Part shown: positions 29,491 to 39,960 of the stretch, in pieces
How the letters are laid out: each line of letters opens with the position of its first letter
How positions within the stretch are numbered: position 1 is the first letter of the stretch
NCBI GenBank assembly: GCA_034933205.1
Contig: JAYFNY010000012.1
Coordinates: 10,671 to 74,670 of the forward strand
DNA length: 64,000 nt
Origin: Eubacteriales bacterium
GTDB lineage: Bacteria > Bacillota > Clostridia > Christensenellales > CAG-138
Reading direction: 5' to 3'
Made by a program: the position numbers and the translations under genes
The notes under the pieces: generated by a model
What the model was told of the DNA's origin: nothing
The model's input: the letters and a program-made list of their open reading frames with translations, nothing else
Database searches by the model: none

Positions 29491-32121
29491 TTGTCACACA
29501 AATACGTAAACTTGTTTAGCGAGGGTAACGCGGATATGCGCGCGTTACTGGGCGGTAAGGGAGCGAACCTTGCGGAGATGACCAATCTTGGTTTGCCGGT
29601 TCCCTTTGGATTTACCGTTTCCACGGAAGCTTGCACTCGTTATTATCAGGACAAAAAGACAATTGCGCAGGAAATTGTCGACCAAATAGAAGCCGCGCTG
29701 GCTATTACGGAAAAAAATGCGCGTAAAAAGTTTGGCGATCCGTCCAATCCGTTCCTTGTTTCCGTCCGGTCCGGCGCGCGAGCCTCCATGCCGGGAATGA
29801 TGGACACCATTCTAAACCTGGGCTTGAACGACAAAACGGTGGTCGGTCTAAAAGATCTTACGAAAAACGAGCGTTTTGCATTCGATAGCTACCGACGTTT
29901 TATTCAGATGTTTTCCGACGTTGTGATGGAAGTGGAGAAGGCGAAATTCGACGAGATTTTCGAGGACGTCAAGCACAAGAACAATTGTGAGCTGGATACC
30001 GAACTGAATGCGGAAAATCTGAAAGAAGTTGTTTCCCGTTATAAAGAGCTTTATTTAAGAGAAAAGGGATGCGAGTTTCCGCAGGATCCGCGCGAACAGC
30101 TTATGGAAGCCATCAAAGCCGTGTTCCGCAGCTGGGATAATCCGCGCGCTATTATTTATAGAAGAAAGAACGATATCCCTTCCGATTGGGGAACGGCCGT
30201 CAACGTTCAGAGCATGGTTTTTGGAAACATGGGCAACGATTGCGGAACCGGCGTCGCGTTTACGCGCGACCCCTCGACCGGCGAGAAGAAGCTTTATGGC
30301 GAGTTCTTGATGAATGCGCAGGGTGAAGACGTTGTAGCCGGCATTCGCACGCCTTCCAAGATTGACGAGCTGAAGAATACCCAGCCGGAAGTTTACCAGC
30401 AATTCGTTCAAATCGCTGAAACGCTGGAGCAGCATTACAGGGACATGCAGGATATGGAGTTTACCATTGAACGCGGCCGTCTGTTTATGCTGCAGACCCG
30501 AAATGGAAAACGTACGGCCGCCGCGGCGCTTCAGATTGCGGTCGATCTCGTAAGCGAAGGCATGATATCGAAGGATGAGGCGCTGATGAAGATCGATCCG
30601 CGTTCGCTGGACGCGTTGCTGCATCCGACATTTGAACCAAAGGCGCTGAAAAATGCAAAGGCGGTTGCCAGCGGATTGCCTGCTTCTCCCGGTGCTGCGT
30701 GCGGTCGCGTCTATTTTACGGCACAGGATGCGAGCGAGGCATCCAAACGCGGCGAAAAGGTCGTGCTTGTCCGTCTTGAGACGTCGCCGGAGGACATTGA
30801 AGGAATGTACGCTTCGGAAGGAATTCTGACGGCGCGCGGCGGTATGACGTCCCATGCGGCGGTTGTCGCGCGCGGAATGGGAACCTGCTGCGTGGCGGGC
30901 TGCTCCGAAGCCTCAATCTCGGAAAAGAATAAAACGCTCGTTTTTACTTCCGGCAAATCTTACCGGGAGGGGGACTGGCTCTCTCTGGATGGATCGACGG
31001 GCAACGTATACGGCGAAGCGCTGCCAACCGTAGAAGCGCAGGTTTCCGGTAATTTTGCAACCATTATGCAGTGGGCGGATGAGGTTCGTACGCTGCATGT
31101 GCGCACGAACGCCGATACGCCGCACGATGCGGAAGTTGCCGTAAAGTTTGGCGCGGAGGGAATCGGGCTTTGCCGCACCGAGCATATGTTCTTTGACGAA
31201 AGCCGGATACCCGCCATGCGCGAGATGATCGTAAGCAAGGACGAACCTTCCCGCCGCCGCGCGCTGAATAAGCTACTGCCGATGCAGCGCGGTGATTTCA
31301 AGGGAATCTATAAAGCGATGGGCGGTCGCCCGGTAACCATCCGGTTTCTGGATCCGCCGCTTCATGAATTCCTTCCGACAGAAGAATCGGATATCCGTGC
31401 GCTTGCGAAAGAGATGAACCTGACCTACGACGAACTGCTGCATACGGTTGAGAGCCTGCACGAGTTTAACCCGATGCTTGGTCACCGCGGCTGCCGTCTT
31501 GCGGTAACCTACCCGGAGATTGCGGAAATGCAGACGCGTGCAGTCATCGAAGCGGCAATTGAGACCCGCCTCGAAGCCGGCATCGAAGTCGTACCTGAAA
31601 TCATGATTCCGTTGGTTGGTGAAGCAAAAGAACTGGAGTTCGTGAAAAACATTGTGGATGAGACCGCGAAGACCGTCATGCAGGAACGTGGAGTGGAAAT
31701 TCCATATCTGGTAGGTACGATGATCGAGGTCCCGCGCGCCGCGCTGACGGCGGACAAAATCGCCGAACATGCGCAGTTCTTCAGCTTTGGAACAAACGAC
31801 CTGAGTCAGATGACGTTCGGCTTCAGTCGCGACGACGCCGGCAAGTTCCTCGACGAGTATTATAAGAAAAAGATATTTGAGTCCGATCCGTTTGCCCGCC
31901 TCGATCAGGAGGGCGTAGGGAAACTCGTTAAGATGGCGGCGGAACTTGGCAAGAGCGTTCGTCCGAACATCAAGCTGGGCATTTGCGGCGAACACGGCGG
32001 AGATCCTTCGAGCATCGAATTCTGCCACAATGTTGGGTTGAATTACGTATCCTGCTCGCCCTTCCGTGTGCCGATTGCGCGCCTTGCCGCAGCACAGGCA
32101 AAGATCAGCGAAAAGAAGTGA
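29491..32121 (+). CDS. ppdK: Pyruvate, phosphate dikinase
   Basis: 876 aa. N-terminal GGKGANLAEM, the phospho-histidine segment GGMTSHAAVVARGMG and a C-terminal PEP-utilising TIM barrel. TTG start. Confidence 0.97.
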   Translation: MSHKYVNLFSEGNADMRALLGGKGANLAEMTNLGLPVPFGFTVSTEACTRYYQDKKTIAQEIVDQIEAALAITEKNARKKFGDPSNPFLVSVRSGARASMPGMMDTILNLGLNDKTVVGLKDLTKNERFAFDSYRRFIQMFSDVVMEVEKAKFDEIFEDVKHKNNCELDTELNAENLKEVVSRYKELYLREKGCEFPQDPREQLMEAIKAVFRSWDNPRAIIYRRKNDIPSDWGTAVNVQSMVFGNMGNDCGTGVAFTRDPSTGEKKLYGEFLMNAQGEDVVAGIRTPSKIDELKNTQPEVYQQFVQIAETLEQHYRDMQDMEFTIERGRLFMLQTRNGKRTAAAALQIAVDLVSEGMISKDEALMKIDPRSLDALLHPTFEPKALKNAKAVASGLPASPGAACGRVYFTAQDASEASKRGEKVVLVRLETSPEDIEGMYASEGILTARGGMTSHAAVVARGMGTCCVAGCSEASISEKNKTLVFTSGKSYREGDWLSLDGSTGNVYGEALPTVEAQVSGNFATIMQWADEVRTLHVRTNADTPHDAEVAVKFGAEGIGLCRTEHMFFDESRIPAMREMIVSKDEPSRRRALNKLLPMQRGDFKGIYKAMGGRPVTIRFLDPPLHEFLPTEESDIRALAKEMNLTYDELLHTVESLHEFNPMLGHRGCRLAVTYPEIAEMQTRAVIEAAIETRLEAGIEVVPEIMIPLVGEAKELEFVKNIVDETAKTVMQERGVEIPYLVGTMIEVPRAALTADKIAEHAQFFSFGTNDLSQMTFGFSRDDAGKFLDEYYKKKIFESDPFARLDQEGVGKLVKMAAELGKSVRPNIKLGICGEHGGDPSSIEFCHNVGLNYVSCSPFRVPIARLAAAQAKISEKK

Positions 32122-32133
32122 CGAAATTCAATC

Positions 32134-32168
32134 AAAGAGCGTCCGCCGAAAACGGCGGACGCTCTTTT
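32134..32168. terminator. Bidirectional terminator between convergent ppdK and the M15 peptidase gene
   Basis: 15-bp stem AAAGAGCGTCCGCCG/CGGCGGACGCTCTTT with a 4-nt loop, flanked by A- and T-runs. Confidence 0.75.
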
Positions 32169-32184
32169 GCGTCCTTTTTACAGA

Positions 32185-33537
32185 TTAGGATTCCGTTCCA
32201 GCGCTTTCTGCGTATTCGAATACTTTTCTGAGGCCATCGTTTCCGTCGTGGCTGATGCGGATATTATCCGTCAGGGTAAAGTGCATTCCATCGCTTGTAG
32301 AAACATAGTAGTGCCCCCACTGGAACCCAGCACGGTAAAACGCCAGCTCATAGAGCAGGTAATTGATTACCGTTTCCGGAATATTCTGATATACCCATAA
32401 CAGAGAGTCGCCGGAGTATGTGAAATCGTAATACATGAGCCCGTTATCGATCTTGATCCCATTGTATGCAAGTTTGTTCTTTACTTCATCGTCGATGACG
32501 GCCTTGTTTTCCTTATTGTTATCGTTAACTCCCATGCCTCCGTTCAGGTCGGTTGCTGCTCCGAAAGCATGGTGGCTGATCGATTGCTTGCTGGAAGTGA
32601 AGCGCGAACAATACGAGCCGTTATAGGTGTCGATTAAAGCGCTAAGGAGGATTACGCCGGAATCTCCGTTCGTTCCGGAGACGCGAACGCGCACGTTATT
32701 GAGATAGTAGGAAACCTTTTCGTAATAAGGAAGCGCGGATTTATGGATACGCCACGGTTCACGGTCCGGCAGACAATTGAACGATACGATATATTCGTTT
32801 TCCCAGTCCGGGTCTGCGACAATGTATCGGTCGTTGACCCACTGATACCGGTAAAGGAACGCGTCCCGGTCGCCAAAGAATCGGATTGCGGTTTCATAGC
32901 TGTTATTGCTGAAATCCGATCGCTGAATCCGTTTCCATTGGTCCGAGAGCACATAGAAACGCGTTCGATATACTTCCTTCGGTTCGGCCTGGCCAACGCT
33001 GGAAGCGGTAATCGTAAGCGTGTGGATGCCCGTATGCAGAGAAGAAATCTGCGTCAGCGAGTCGAGAGAAACCCCTTCGTTCGTGAGAGGATCGTCAAGA
33101 CCATAGGCGTATACGTTTTTTTCTTTTTCGAAGGTGACGGTTTTTGTATAAGGATAAAACAAATCCTCGTTATAATCGCAGTTTATTGCGACAGTCACGG
33201 AAAGAAGCGGATAATTGGATTGCACCGTTCCGCGAAGTTTATAGCTTTGTCCAAGCGTAAGCCGACTTTCGATCGTTGGCATAGGAGAGTCTGCATTTTC
33301 GTCAAACGTCAATACGCTGGGGATAAGGGGCGTAGGTTCCAAAGTCGGTGAAGGCGTTACAAGAATCGGCGTAAGGACGGGGGAGGCGGCGATTTCCTGC
33401 GGCGCACGCCGGCGCGCACGCAGCGGCAGAACAATTGCAAGAAACAGCAGGCAGGCGCCGCATACGGCGCAAAGCGCGATGACCGCCGCGCCGCGCATAC
33501 CGACGCGGGGTGATTTGCTGGAATGATCCTTACCCAT
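32185..33537 (-). CDS. Membrane-anchored protein with C-terminal M15 (VanY/D-Ala-D-Ala carboxypeptidase-like) metallopeptidase domain
   Basis: N-terminal TM span AAVIALCAVCGACLLFLAIVL. The C-terminus has SHHAFGAATD ... DGMHFTL (H-x6-D...H zinc ligands). ATG at 33537 lies 9 nt after GGGAGG. Confidence 0.65.
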   Translation of the reverse strand: MGKDHSSKSPRVGMRGAAVIALCAVCGACLLFLAIVLPLRARRRAPQEIAASPVLTPILVTPSPTLEPTPLIPSVLTFDENADSPMPTIESRLTLGQSYKLRGTVQSNYPLLSVTVAINCDYNEDLFYPYTKTVTFEKEKNVYAYGLDDPLTNEGVSLDSLTQISSLHTGIHTLTITASSVGQAEPKEVYRTRFYVLSDQWKRIQRSDFSNNSYETAIRFFGDRDAFLYRYQWVNDRYIVADPDWENEYIVSFNCLPDREPWRIHKSALPYYEKVSYYLNNVRVRVSGTNGDSGVILLSALIDTYNGSYCSRFTSSKQSISHHAFGAATDLNGGMGVNDNNKENKAVIDDEVKNKLAYNGIKIDNGLMYYDFTYSGDSLLWVYQNIPETVINYLLYELAFYRAGFQWGHYYVSTSDGMHFTLTDNIRISHDGNDGLRKVFEYAESAGTES

Positions 33538-33740
33538 ATGATTCAACCTCCCGATTGCCTGAGGACATTTTAGCACAGAATTCACGCGTAAAGCAAAGCG
33601 GCGGCATCCGAAGTTCCCGCCATTTTTGACAGTCTGTATGTGCAATGTTAAAATATTGCAGAAGAAAATATGTTTTTCAAATACTGCAGATACGCAGATT
33701 CGGAATTCTATGGAATCAGAACAGATCAGAGGGGATTCTT

Positions 33741-35129
33741 ATGTCGATCGTAATGGCTGTTGCAGTGCCGCATCCGCCGGTTATCCTGCCGGAAATCGGC
33801 AAGGGTCAGGAACGTGAGATTCGGCGGACGATTGAGGCTTATCGCGCGGCTGCGGACCGTATACGCCGGCAAAAGCCGGAAACGCTTGTCATACTTTCGC
33901 CGCATGCAACAAGCTATGCCGACTACTTCCACATATCGCCCGGGAAAAAAGCACGCGGCGACTTTCGCCGCTTTGGCGCAAAACAAGTGGAAGTGACTGC
34001 GTTCTATGACGAAGCGTTTGTTGCGGCCCTGGAAAAAAACGCGAAGCGGGCCGGAATACCGGCCGGAACGCGCGGGGAACGGGACAGCGCGCTTGATCAT
34101 GGAACGATGATTCCGCTTACATTTCTGGCTTACGAACAGGAATTGCCTTGCGAAATCGTCCGGATCGGGCTTTCGGGACTCGATCCTATTGCGCACTACA
34201 AGCTTGGGAAATGCATCAAAAAGACCGCGGAAGAACTGGATCGATCGGTGGCCGTGATCGCCAGCGGCGATCTATCGCATAAATTGCTGGAAACGGGACC
34301 ATACGGCTTTGCGCCGCAGGGCCCCGAGTTTGACCGCTTTTTAACGCAGGCGTTTGAGAAGGGAGATTTTCTATCTCTGCTGACAATGGATCCCGGACTA
34401 AGCGAGGAAGCGGCGGAGTGCGGGCTGAATTCATTTCGAATTCTAGCGGGGGCGTTTGACCGGACGGCGGTGTCAAGTGAACTGCTCAGTTATGAGGGGC
34501 CGTTCGGCGTTGGATACGCGGTCGCGGTGTTTATGCCGAAAGGCGAGGACGAAAGCCGGGCGTTCGACGTGCGATATCAGCAGGTGGAGCGCGCGCGGAT
34601 TGGGGCGCTGCGCGAACGTGAGGATACCTATACGCGGCTTGCACGCAGCACGGTGGAGAGTTTCGTAAAAACAGGGGAACCGCTGCCTTTGCCGGAAGAC
34701 TTGCCGGACGAAATGAAACACACGCGAGCCGGCGTATTTGTTTCACTGAAAATCGCCGGAAAGCTGCGCGGCTGCATCGGAACGATTAACGCCGTTTGCG
34801 AGAACATCGCAGAAGAGATTATGAAGAACGCAGTTTCCGCCTGCAGCGACGATCCGAGATTTGATCCCGTACAGCCGGAAGAGTTGGACCGGATCAGTTA
34901 CAGCGTCGATGTGCTGGGAAAAACCGAACGAATCGACTCGCCCGATAAACTGGACGTGAAACGTTACGGAGTAATTGTAACATCGGGTTATCGAAAAGGA
35001 TTGCTCCTGCCGAACCTGGACGGGGTCGATACGATTGAGGAGCAGATTCGAATCGCGAAGCGAAAGGCGGGGATTCCGGAGAGCGAGCGCTGCATTCTGG
35101 ATCGTTTTGAAGTGGTACGGCACACATGA
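33741..35129 (+). CDS. amrA: AmmeMemoRadiSam system protein A (AMMECR1 domain) fused to an N-terminal LigB/Memo-like extradiol-dioxygenase-fold domain
   Basis: The N-terminus MSIVMAVAVPHPPVILPEIG is typical of class III dioxygenase-B-like proteins. The C-terminus has the AMMECR1 signature GVFVSLKIAGKLRGCIGTI. 4-nt overlap with the radical SAM gene. Confidence 0.8.
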   Translation: MSIVMAVAVPHPPVILPEIGKGQEREIRRTIEAYRAAADRIRRQKPETLVILSPHATSYADYFHISPGKKARGDFRRFGAKQVEVTAFYDEAFVAALEKNAKRAGIPAGTRGERDSALDHGTMIPLTFLAYEQELPCEIVRIGLSGLDPIAHYKLGKCIKKTAEELDRSVAVIASGDLSHKLLETGPYGFAPQGPEFDRFLTQAFEKGDFLSLLTMDPGLSEEAAECGLNSFRILAGAFDRTAVSSELLSYEGPFGVGYAVAVFMPKGEDESRAFDVRYQQVERARIGALREREDTYTRLARSTVESFVKTGEPLPLPEDLPDEMKHTRAGVFVSLKIAGKLRGCIGTINAVCENIAEEIMKNAVSACSDDPRFDPVQPEELDRISYSVDVLGKTERIDSPDKLDVKRYGVIVTSGYRKGLLLPNLDGVDTIEEQIRIAKRKAGIPESERCILDRFEVVRHT

Positions 35130-35953
35130 AAGCCACTTGCCGGATATGTCCGCGCGCGTGCGAAATAGAGGAAGGCGGGCTTGGGTTCTGCAGGGCGAGG
35201 ACGAACCGAAACGGAATGGTCGTTTGCGAGAATTATGCGCGCGTAACCGCGATCGCGCTCGATCCAATTGAGAAAAAGCCGCTTCGACAGTTTCATCCCG
35301 GCAGTAAAATCCTGTCCGTTGGCAGTTACGGCTGCAATATGAACTGCACATTTTGCCAGAACTGCGAAATTTCGATGGCACGGGCCGAATATGTGGAATG
35401 GCGGGAAATCCAGCCGAATGAGTTGGTCGCGCGTGCGGAGGCGCTGATTCCGGCAGGAAACGTCGGCGTTGCGTTTACGTATAACGAACCTCTCGTCGGC
35501 TACGAATATGTGCTGGACAGCGCAAAGCTCGCCAAGGAACGGGGGCTATCCGTCGTACTTGTGACCAATGGTATGATCTGCAGCGATCCGTGGCAAAAGC
35601 TGCTGCCTTATGTGGACGCGGCCAATATCGATCTCAAAGTATTTTCGCGTGAGGGCTATCAAAAACTTGGAGGGGATTTGGATACGGTTCTCGAAACAAT
35701 CTCGATTGCCGCAGAACGGATTCATGTCGAGGTTACTACGCTGGTCGTCCCCGGACTTAGTGACGATGAGACGCTTTTGCGAAACGAGGCGCAATGGCTC
35801 GCCGGAGAATCGAAAGGGATTGCGCTGCATCTTTCACGTTTTTTCCCGCGGTATCGTATGAAGAATGCGGCGCCGACCCCGACGGAAACCATTGGCAGAC
35901 TGGCGAACATTGCCCGCGAATTTCTGCCGTTTGTTTATTTCGGGAATTGCTGA
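35126..35953 (+). CDS. amrS: AmmeMemoRadiSam system radical SAM enzyme
   Basis: CNMNCTFCQN (CX3CX2C) after the N-terminal CRICPRAC...GFC cluster. 275 aa. Confidence 0.85.
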   Translation: MKATCRICPRACEIEEGGLGFCRARTNRNGMVVCENYARVTAIALDPIEKKPLRQFHPGSKILSVGSYGCNMNCTFCQNCEISMARAEYVEWREIQPNELVARAEALIPAGNVGVAFTYNEPLVGYEYVLDSAKLAKERGLSVVLVTNGMICSDPWQKLLPYVDAANIDLKVFSREGYQKLGGDLDTVLETISIAAERIHVEVTTLVVPGLSDDETLLRNEAQWLAGESKGIALHLSRFFPRYRMKNAAPTPTETIGRLANIAREFLPFVYFGNC

Positions 35954-36011
35954 CGATACGGTCAGCAAACGGAAGCTTGTCGTGTTCCATGCGGAATGGT
36001 ATCATGATGCC

Positions 36012-37796
36012 ATGGAACAAAAAAGCTTAAAAAACCGAAAAGCCGGTATCCGAACGCTTCTGTGCGTAGGGGTGCTGGCTGTTTTATTCCTCTTTTTGAC
36101 TTTACGCGTGCCTTACGGTTATGACTGGACGGACGAACAGTATTTTTCCGAAGTAGCGTACCGCCTGCTGCAGGGGGATCGTCCATTGGTGGACACCTGG
36201 GAAGTGCATCAGTTTTCCGCAATGATTTCAGCGCCGATCCTGGGCGTCTATCGACTTGCCAACAATGGCAGTATGGATGGTTCGATCCTTTTCATGCGAT
36301 ATGTTTACATCACCATTCAGTTTGCGGTTTCCCTTGCGGCGTTCGGAATTTTGCGCAAACGACACGGAGATTTACCGGCGTGCATAGCCGCCGCGATGAT
36401 CCTTTCGTTTACGCATTTCTCCATCAACAGCTTTTATTATGATACGATGGCGCTGCTCTTTACGATAGTCTCGGCGCTTTTTGTCATACAGTTTTTAGAG
36501 CACGGAAGATTCGAAAGGCTGTTTGCATTTTTTAGCGGCGTTTCCTTTGCTTTGGCGATACTTGCATTTCCTTACTTCCTATTCGGGGCATTCGTTTATC
36601 TTGTCTTTTGGCTGATGCGAATCCGCTCGAAGGAACATGCGAAACAGAACCGGATCGGCGCGTTGCTATTTCTGTCGGGCGGCGCGTTGATTGCGGCCGC
36701 AGTAGCCATATACATCCTGTCGGGCGCTTCCGTAGCCCAAGTACTGAACGGGCTTCGTTTTATGATGGCGGATCCGGATCATCAATCGGAAAGCCTTTTT
36801 ACGATTTTGAAGCAATACTTCAATACGATTCGCGTCGTATTTTCTCCTGTCAGCTATGGCGCTGCGTTCTATCTGTTGCTGGGAATTATGTATCATTTCT
36901 CCACAAGAGCCGTGCTGCGGCGGGTTATTAAGACGATTGGCGCGGCGCTTCTGCTGCTATTGATGTTCGGCGGGCTTGCGGTCGCTTGGTTTTACTGGTG
37001 GAACGGAATCTACCGGATCAATCTTCTGGCCATGACGTTTGCCATGTGTGCGCCCGGATTGTACTTTTTTACAGAGAGACGAGAGGAAAACGGTACGCTT
37101 CTGATGTATTTCCTTGCGTGCGCTTTGTCCATTGCGGTGCAAATCGGGAGCAATACGAGATTATATGCATCCTCCGGAATGCTGCTGCCGGCTTCTGTCG
37201 CGACGATTCTCTTCCTGTTTGAACACCGCGGCGAACTGGCTGTGGAACACGGCGACGATGCGCCGGAAAGACCGCGCTTTGAGCGAAAGATATTGCGTTT
37301 CAGCGCGATTCTCACAGCGGCGTGCTTTCTCTGCGTCGCCGGGATCATGGCGTTGCGGCTGCAATCCGTTCACCGGGACGAGCCGATTCGTTCGCTGAAT
37401 ACGGTTCTGGAAAGCGGAGCGGCAAAAGGAATCTATACGACGGAAAAAAGTGCGGCGCTGCATCGGCAACTGATAGCGGATATCCGTGAGAACGCCCCTG
37501 CGGAAGGATCGATTCTGATCACGTATCTTTTCCCGGAAGGGTATCTGGTGACAGGATTACGGGCGGCGACGCCTTCTACATTCAACATGTGTATGGGCTC
37601 GGCCTGGCTGGAGGAATACTACGCCCAGAATCCGGAACGGATCGCGTCCTACGTCTATGCGACAAGCATCGATATTCCATTTAATGCGCCTGCTGAAAAT
37701 GGAATAGGCTTGTATCAGGAGAATCCGGAATATCAGATGAAAAAAACGGATACGGGTACCGTATTTATACGAACAGACCGTACGGTTGGTGATTGA
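36012..37796 (+). CDS. Polytopic membrane protein, possibly a GT-C-like glycosyltransferase
   Basis: At least 10 hydrophobic spans and a C-terminal soluble domain. Start taken at MEQKSLKN. The functional call is a weak impression only. Confidence 0.5.
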   Translation: MEQKSLKNRKAGIRTLLCVGVLAVLFLFLTLRVPYGYDWTDEQYFSEVAYRLLQGDRPLVDTWEVHQFSAMISAPILGVYRLANNGSMDGSILFMRYVYITIQFAVSLAAFGILRKRHGDLPACIAAAMILSFTHFSINSFYYDTMALLFTIVSALFVIQFLEHGRFERLFAFFSGVSFALAILAFPYFLFGAFVYLVFWLMRIRSKEHAKQNRIGALLFLSGGALIAAAVAIYILSGASVAQVLNGLRFMMADPDHQSESLFTILKQYFNTIRVVFSPVSYGAAFYLLLGIMYHFSTRAVLRRVIKTIGAALLLLLMFGGLAVAWFYWWNGIYRINLLAMTFAMCAPGLYFFTERREENGTLLMYFLACALSIAVQIGSNTRLYASSGMLLPASVATILFLFEHRGELAVEHGDDAPERPRFERKILRFSAILTAACFLCVAGIMALRLQSVHRDEPIRSLNTVLESGAAKGIYTTEKSAALHRQLIADIRENAPAEGSILITYLFPEGYLVTGLRAATPSTFNMCMGSAWLEEYYAQNPERIASYVYATSIDIPFNAPAENGIGLYQENPEYQMKKTDTGTVFIRTDRTVGD

Positions 37797-37859
37797 ATCA
37801 CCTGAAAAATCGATCAAAATGGTTTATCATCTTATCAAACAAGACGGAGGCGAACGAAC

Positions 37860-38849
37860 ATGAGCGATACAAACCAATTCATTCAAACGATCTTAAGTGA
37901 CGACGCGGTTGGCACGATGAGTAAAGCGAGCGGCGCAAAGAAGGCGCAGGTCGAGTCGCTGATCGGCGCGGCGCTGCCCCTGATGCTGGAAAGCATGCAA
38001 AGCAATATCGGTACGAAAAAAGGCGAAACCGCTCTGACAAACGCGCTTACCGACCATGCGAAGACGGATGCGTCAAACGTGAAGTCGTTTCTTTCCGGCG
38101 TGGATCAAAAGGACAGCGTAAAAATCTTGCAGCATCTCTTTGGCGATAACACAAATAAAACGGTTTCTGCGCTGGCAAGGAAAACTGGAATGGAAAAGTC
38201 GCAGACAACGTCGGTACTGCTTCAGCTGGCGCCGTTGCTGCTATCGTTGCTGGGACAGCAAAATCATGGTTCTTCCGGCGGGATCGGCTCTATTCTCGGC
38301 TCTTTACTGGGAAGTTCCGATTCGGGATCCATCATCGGTTCGTTGCTCGGCAGCGATACCAGCGATGCGGCGGGTTCGGTTCTTGGCGATTTATTGAGTG
38401 CTGGGTCCGGCAGCGGAAGCTCCTCTCTGGGAGGCGCGCTGCTGGGCAGTTTGCTTGGAACGAACGACAGCTCATCCGGCTCGAATTCTGGCCTTGCTGG
38501 AACGCTGCTGAATACGCTGCTTTCCGAGGATCATGAAAGTGACAACGACGGCGGAGATCTGCTTGGAAGCCTGCTTGGTGGGTCTTCCTCCGGAAACAAC
38601 GGCGGCGGATTGCTCGGGAGCCTGCTTGGAGGCGGCTCCGACAGTATCGGCGGCAGTTTGCTAAACGGTATTTTCGGCGACGATACTCAAAAAAGGAAAA
38701 GCACAACAAAAAAGAAATCGACGTCAGGAGCCAAGAAGAGCGCCTCTTCTGTAAAGAAAACGAGTTCCGGTACGAAAAAAGCGCCTTCCAAAAAGAAGAC
38801 GGCGGCAAAAAAAGCGCCGTCCAGCCGTACTGTGAAAAAGGGAAACTGA
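37860..38849 (+). CDS. DUF937-like protein with low-complexity LLGSLLG repeats and a Lys-rich tail
   Basis: The N-terminal ~130 aa are helical. Repeated (G/S)xLLGSLLG units follow, then KKKSTSGAKKSASSVKK... Family name is from recollection. Confidence 0.55.
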   Translation: MSDTNQFIQTILSDDAVGTMSKASGAKKAQVESLIGAALPLMLESMQSNIGTKKGETALTNALTDHAKTDASNVKSFLSGVDQKDSVKILQHLFGDNTNKTVSALARKTGMEKSQTTSVLLQLAPLLLSLLGQQNHGSSGGIGSILGSLLGSSDSGSIIGSLLGSDTSDAAGSVLGDLLSAGSGSGSSSLGGALLGSLLGTNDSSSGSNSGLAGTLLNTLLSEDHESDNDGGDLLGSLLGGSSSGNNGGGLLGSLLGGGSDSIGGSLLNGIFGDDTQKRKSTTKKKSTSGAKKSASSVKKTSSGTKKAPSKKKTAAKKAPSSRTVKKGN

Positions 38850-38860
38850 ATATCTTGCAA

Positions 38861-38895
38861 CAACAGCCGCCGATTCGGCGGCTGTTGTGGTTTCT
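38861..38895. terminator. Hairpin between convergent genes
   Basis: 12-bp stem CAACAGCCGCCG/CGGCGGCTGTTG with a tight loop, followed by a T-rich tract. Confidence 0.6.
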
Positions 38896-38931
38896 GCTCA
38901 GGATCCGGGCGCAGACGTTTCAAAAGAAAGG

Positions 38932-39369
38932 TCAGACCGTGTATACCATAGGGATAAAGCGAATTCCGTCCTGAAGCTGCTCGTCGGTAACCGCGGTAAA
39001 CCCGAGATGCTCATAAATCGTTTTTGCATAAGGCGAGGCGTTTACGGTCATACGGTTACAGGAACAGTTCCTGCGCGCCTCGGTAAATAATTCCCGTCCT
39101 GCGCCTTGTCCCTGCCAGACGGTTTCCACAAAGAACAGAGCGATATGGGAACCGTCCTCGCCGCGAGTGGCAAGCGTGCCGATCAAAACATCCTTTTCAA
39201 AAGCGCCGTAGAAACGTAGCTTGGAGATCTCGCCGGAATTCTCCAGAAACGTGCAAAAGGTTTCAACTCCTTCCGGCGGGTATTCTGGCGCTTCGAACTG
39301 CAGAAAGACACGCCGTACGAGATCGAGCGCGTTTTGTACACTGGTGCTTGGAAGAAGTTGAATGGTCAA
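38932..39369 (-). CDS. GNAT family N-acetyltransferase
   Basis: 145 aa with the acetyl-CoA motif WQGQGAGRELF. Confidence 0.85.
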   Translation of the reverse strand: MTIQLLPSTSVQNALDLVRRVFLQFEAPEYPPEGVETFCTFLENSGEISKLRFYGAFEKDVLIGTLATRGEDGSHIALFFVETVWQGQGAGRELFTEARRNCSCNRMTVNASPYAKTIYEHLGFTAVTDEQLQDGIRFIPMVYTV

Positions 39370-39381
39370 AGGAGTTCCTTT

Positions 39382-39960
39382 CTATTTCGCATCCAAGGAG
39401 GATTCTCGAGCGTGTATTTGTTCATATAGACGGCAAACAACGTTCCAGTTTCGGATGGTAGCGGGGGTGAGAAGCTTTTGTAAGCGGTTTGCCAGGTTCG
39501 AAGTTCGAATACTCTGATGCAGGAGAAGATATGCGTTTCGCTGGACAAGTAAATACTCGTCTTTAGAGGCGGAAAGATTGCTTTGCGGGGAACAAAGACT
39601 CCGTTCGGGTGGGGCGGATGCGAAGCAGACATACAGATTTCCGGAGTTCGGATGGTCGGTGTTCGCTTGTGCAAGCTGTTCCGCCGTAAACGGCATGCCG
39701 GATATGATTCGGGCAAGTTCTTTGGCGGAGCGGAGAATGACATTGGTTTGAATTCCAGCGTTCGACATGAGCGCCGATTCCGCCGCCGACACGATATCCT
39801 CTTCGGATTGGTTCGATTGAAATAATACGTTTCCACTTTGAAGGAAGGTTTCCACATGCGAAACTTCAATCGATTCGAATATTTCCTTCAGCGTTTCCAT
39901 TCGAATACGGTTCGTTTTACCTACGTTGATGCCGCACAGGAAAGCAACATATTCTGTCAT
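39382..39960 (-). CDS. DUF1697 domain protein
   Basis: MTEYVAFLCGINVGKTNRIRMETLKEIF...ETFLQSGNVLF is the characteristic N-terminus. Start taken at ATG 39960. Confidence 0.8.
   Translation of the reverse strand: MTEYVAFLCGINVGKTNRIRMETLKEIFESIEVSHVETFLQSGNVLFQSNQSEEDIVSAAESALMSNAGIQTNVILRSAKELARIISGMPFTAEQLAQANTDHPNSGNLYVCFASAPPERSLCSPQSNLSASKDEYLLVQRNAYLLLHQSIRTSNLANRLQKLLTPATIRNWNVVCRLYEQIHARESSLDAK

Noticed and set aside
28935-29636. 233-aa minus-strand ORF spanning the ppdK upstream region
   Set aside because: It crosses a strong plus-strand terminator, the ppdK promoter and the ppdK start. It has no RBS or motifs and an odd composition. I treat the region as a long intergenic/leader sequence.
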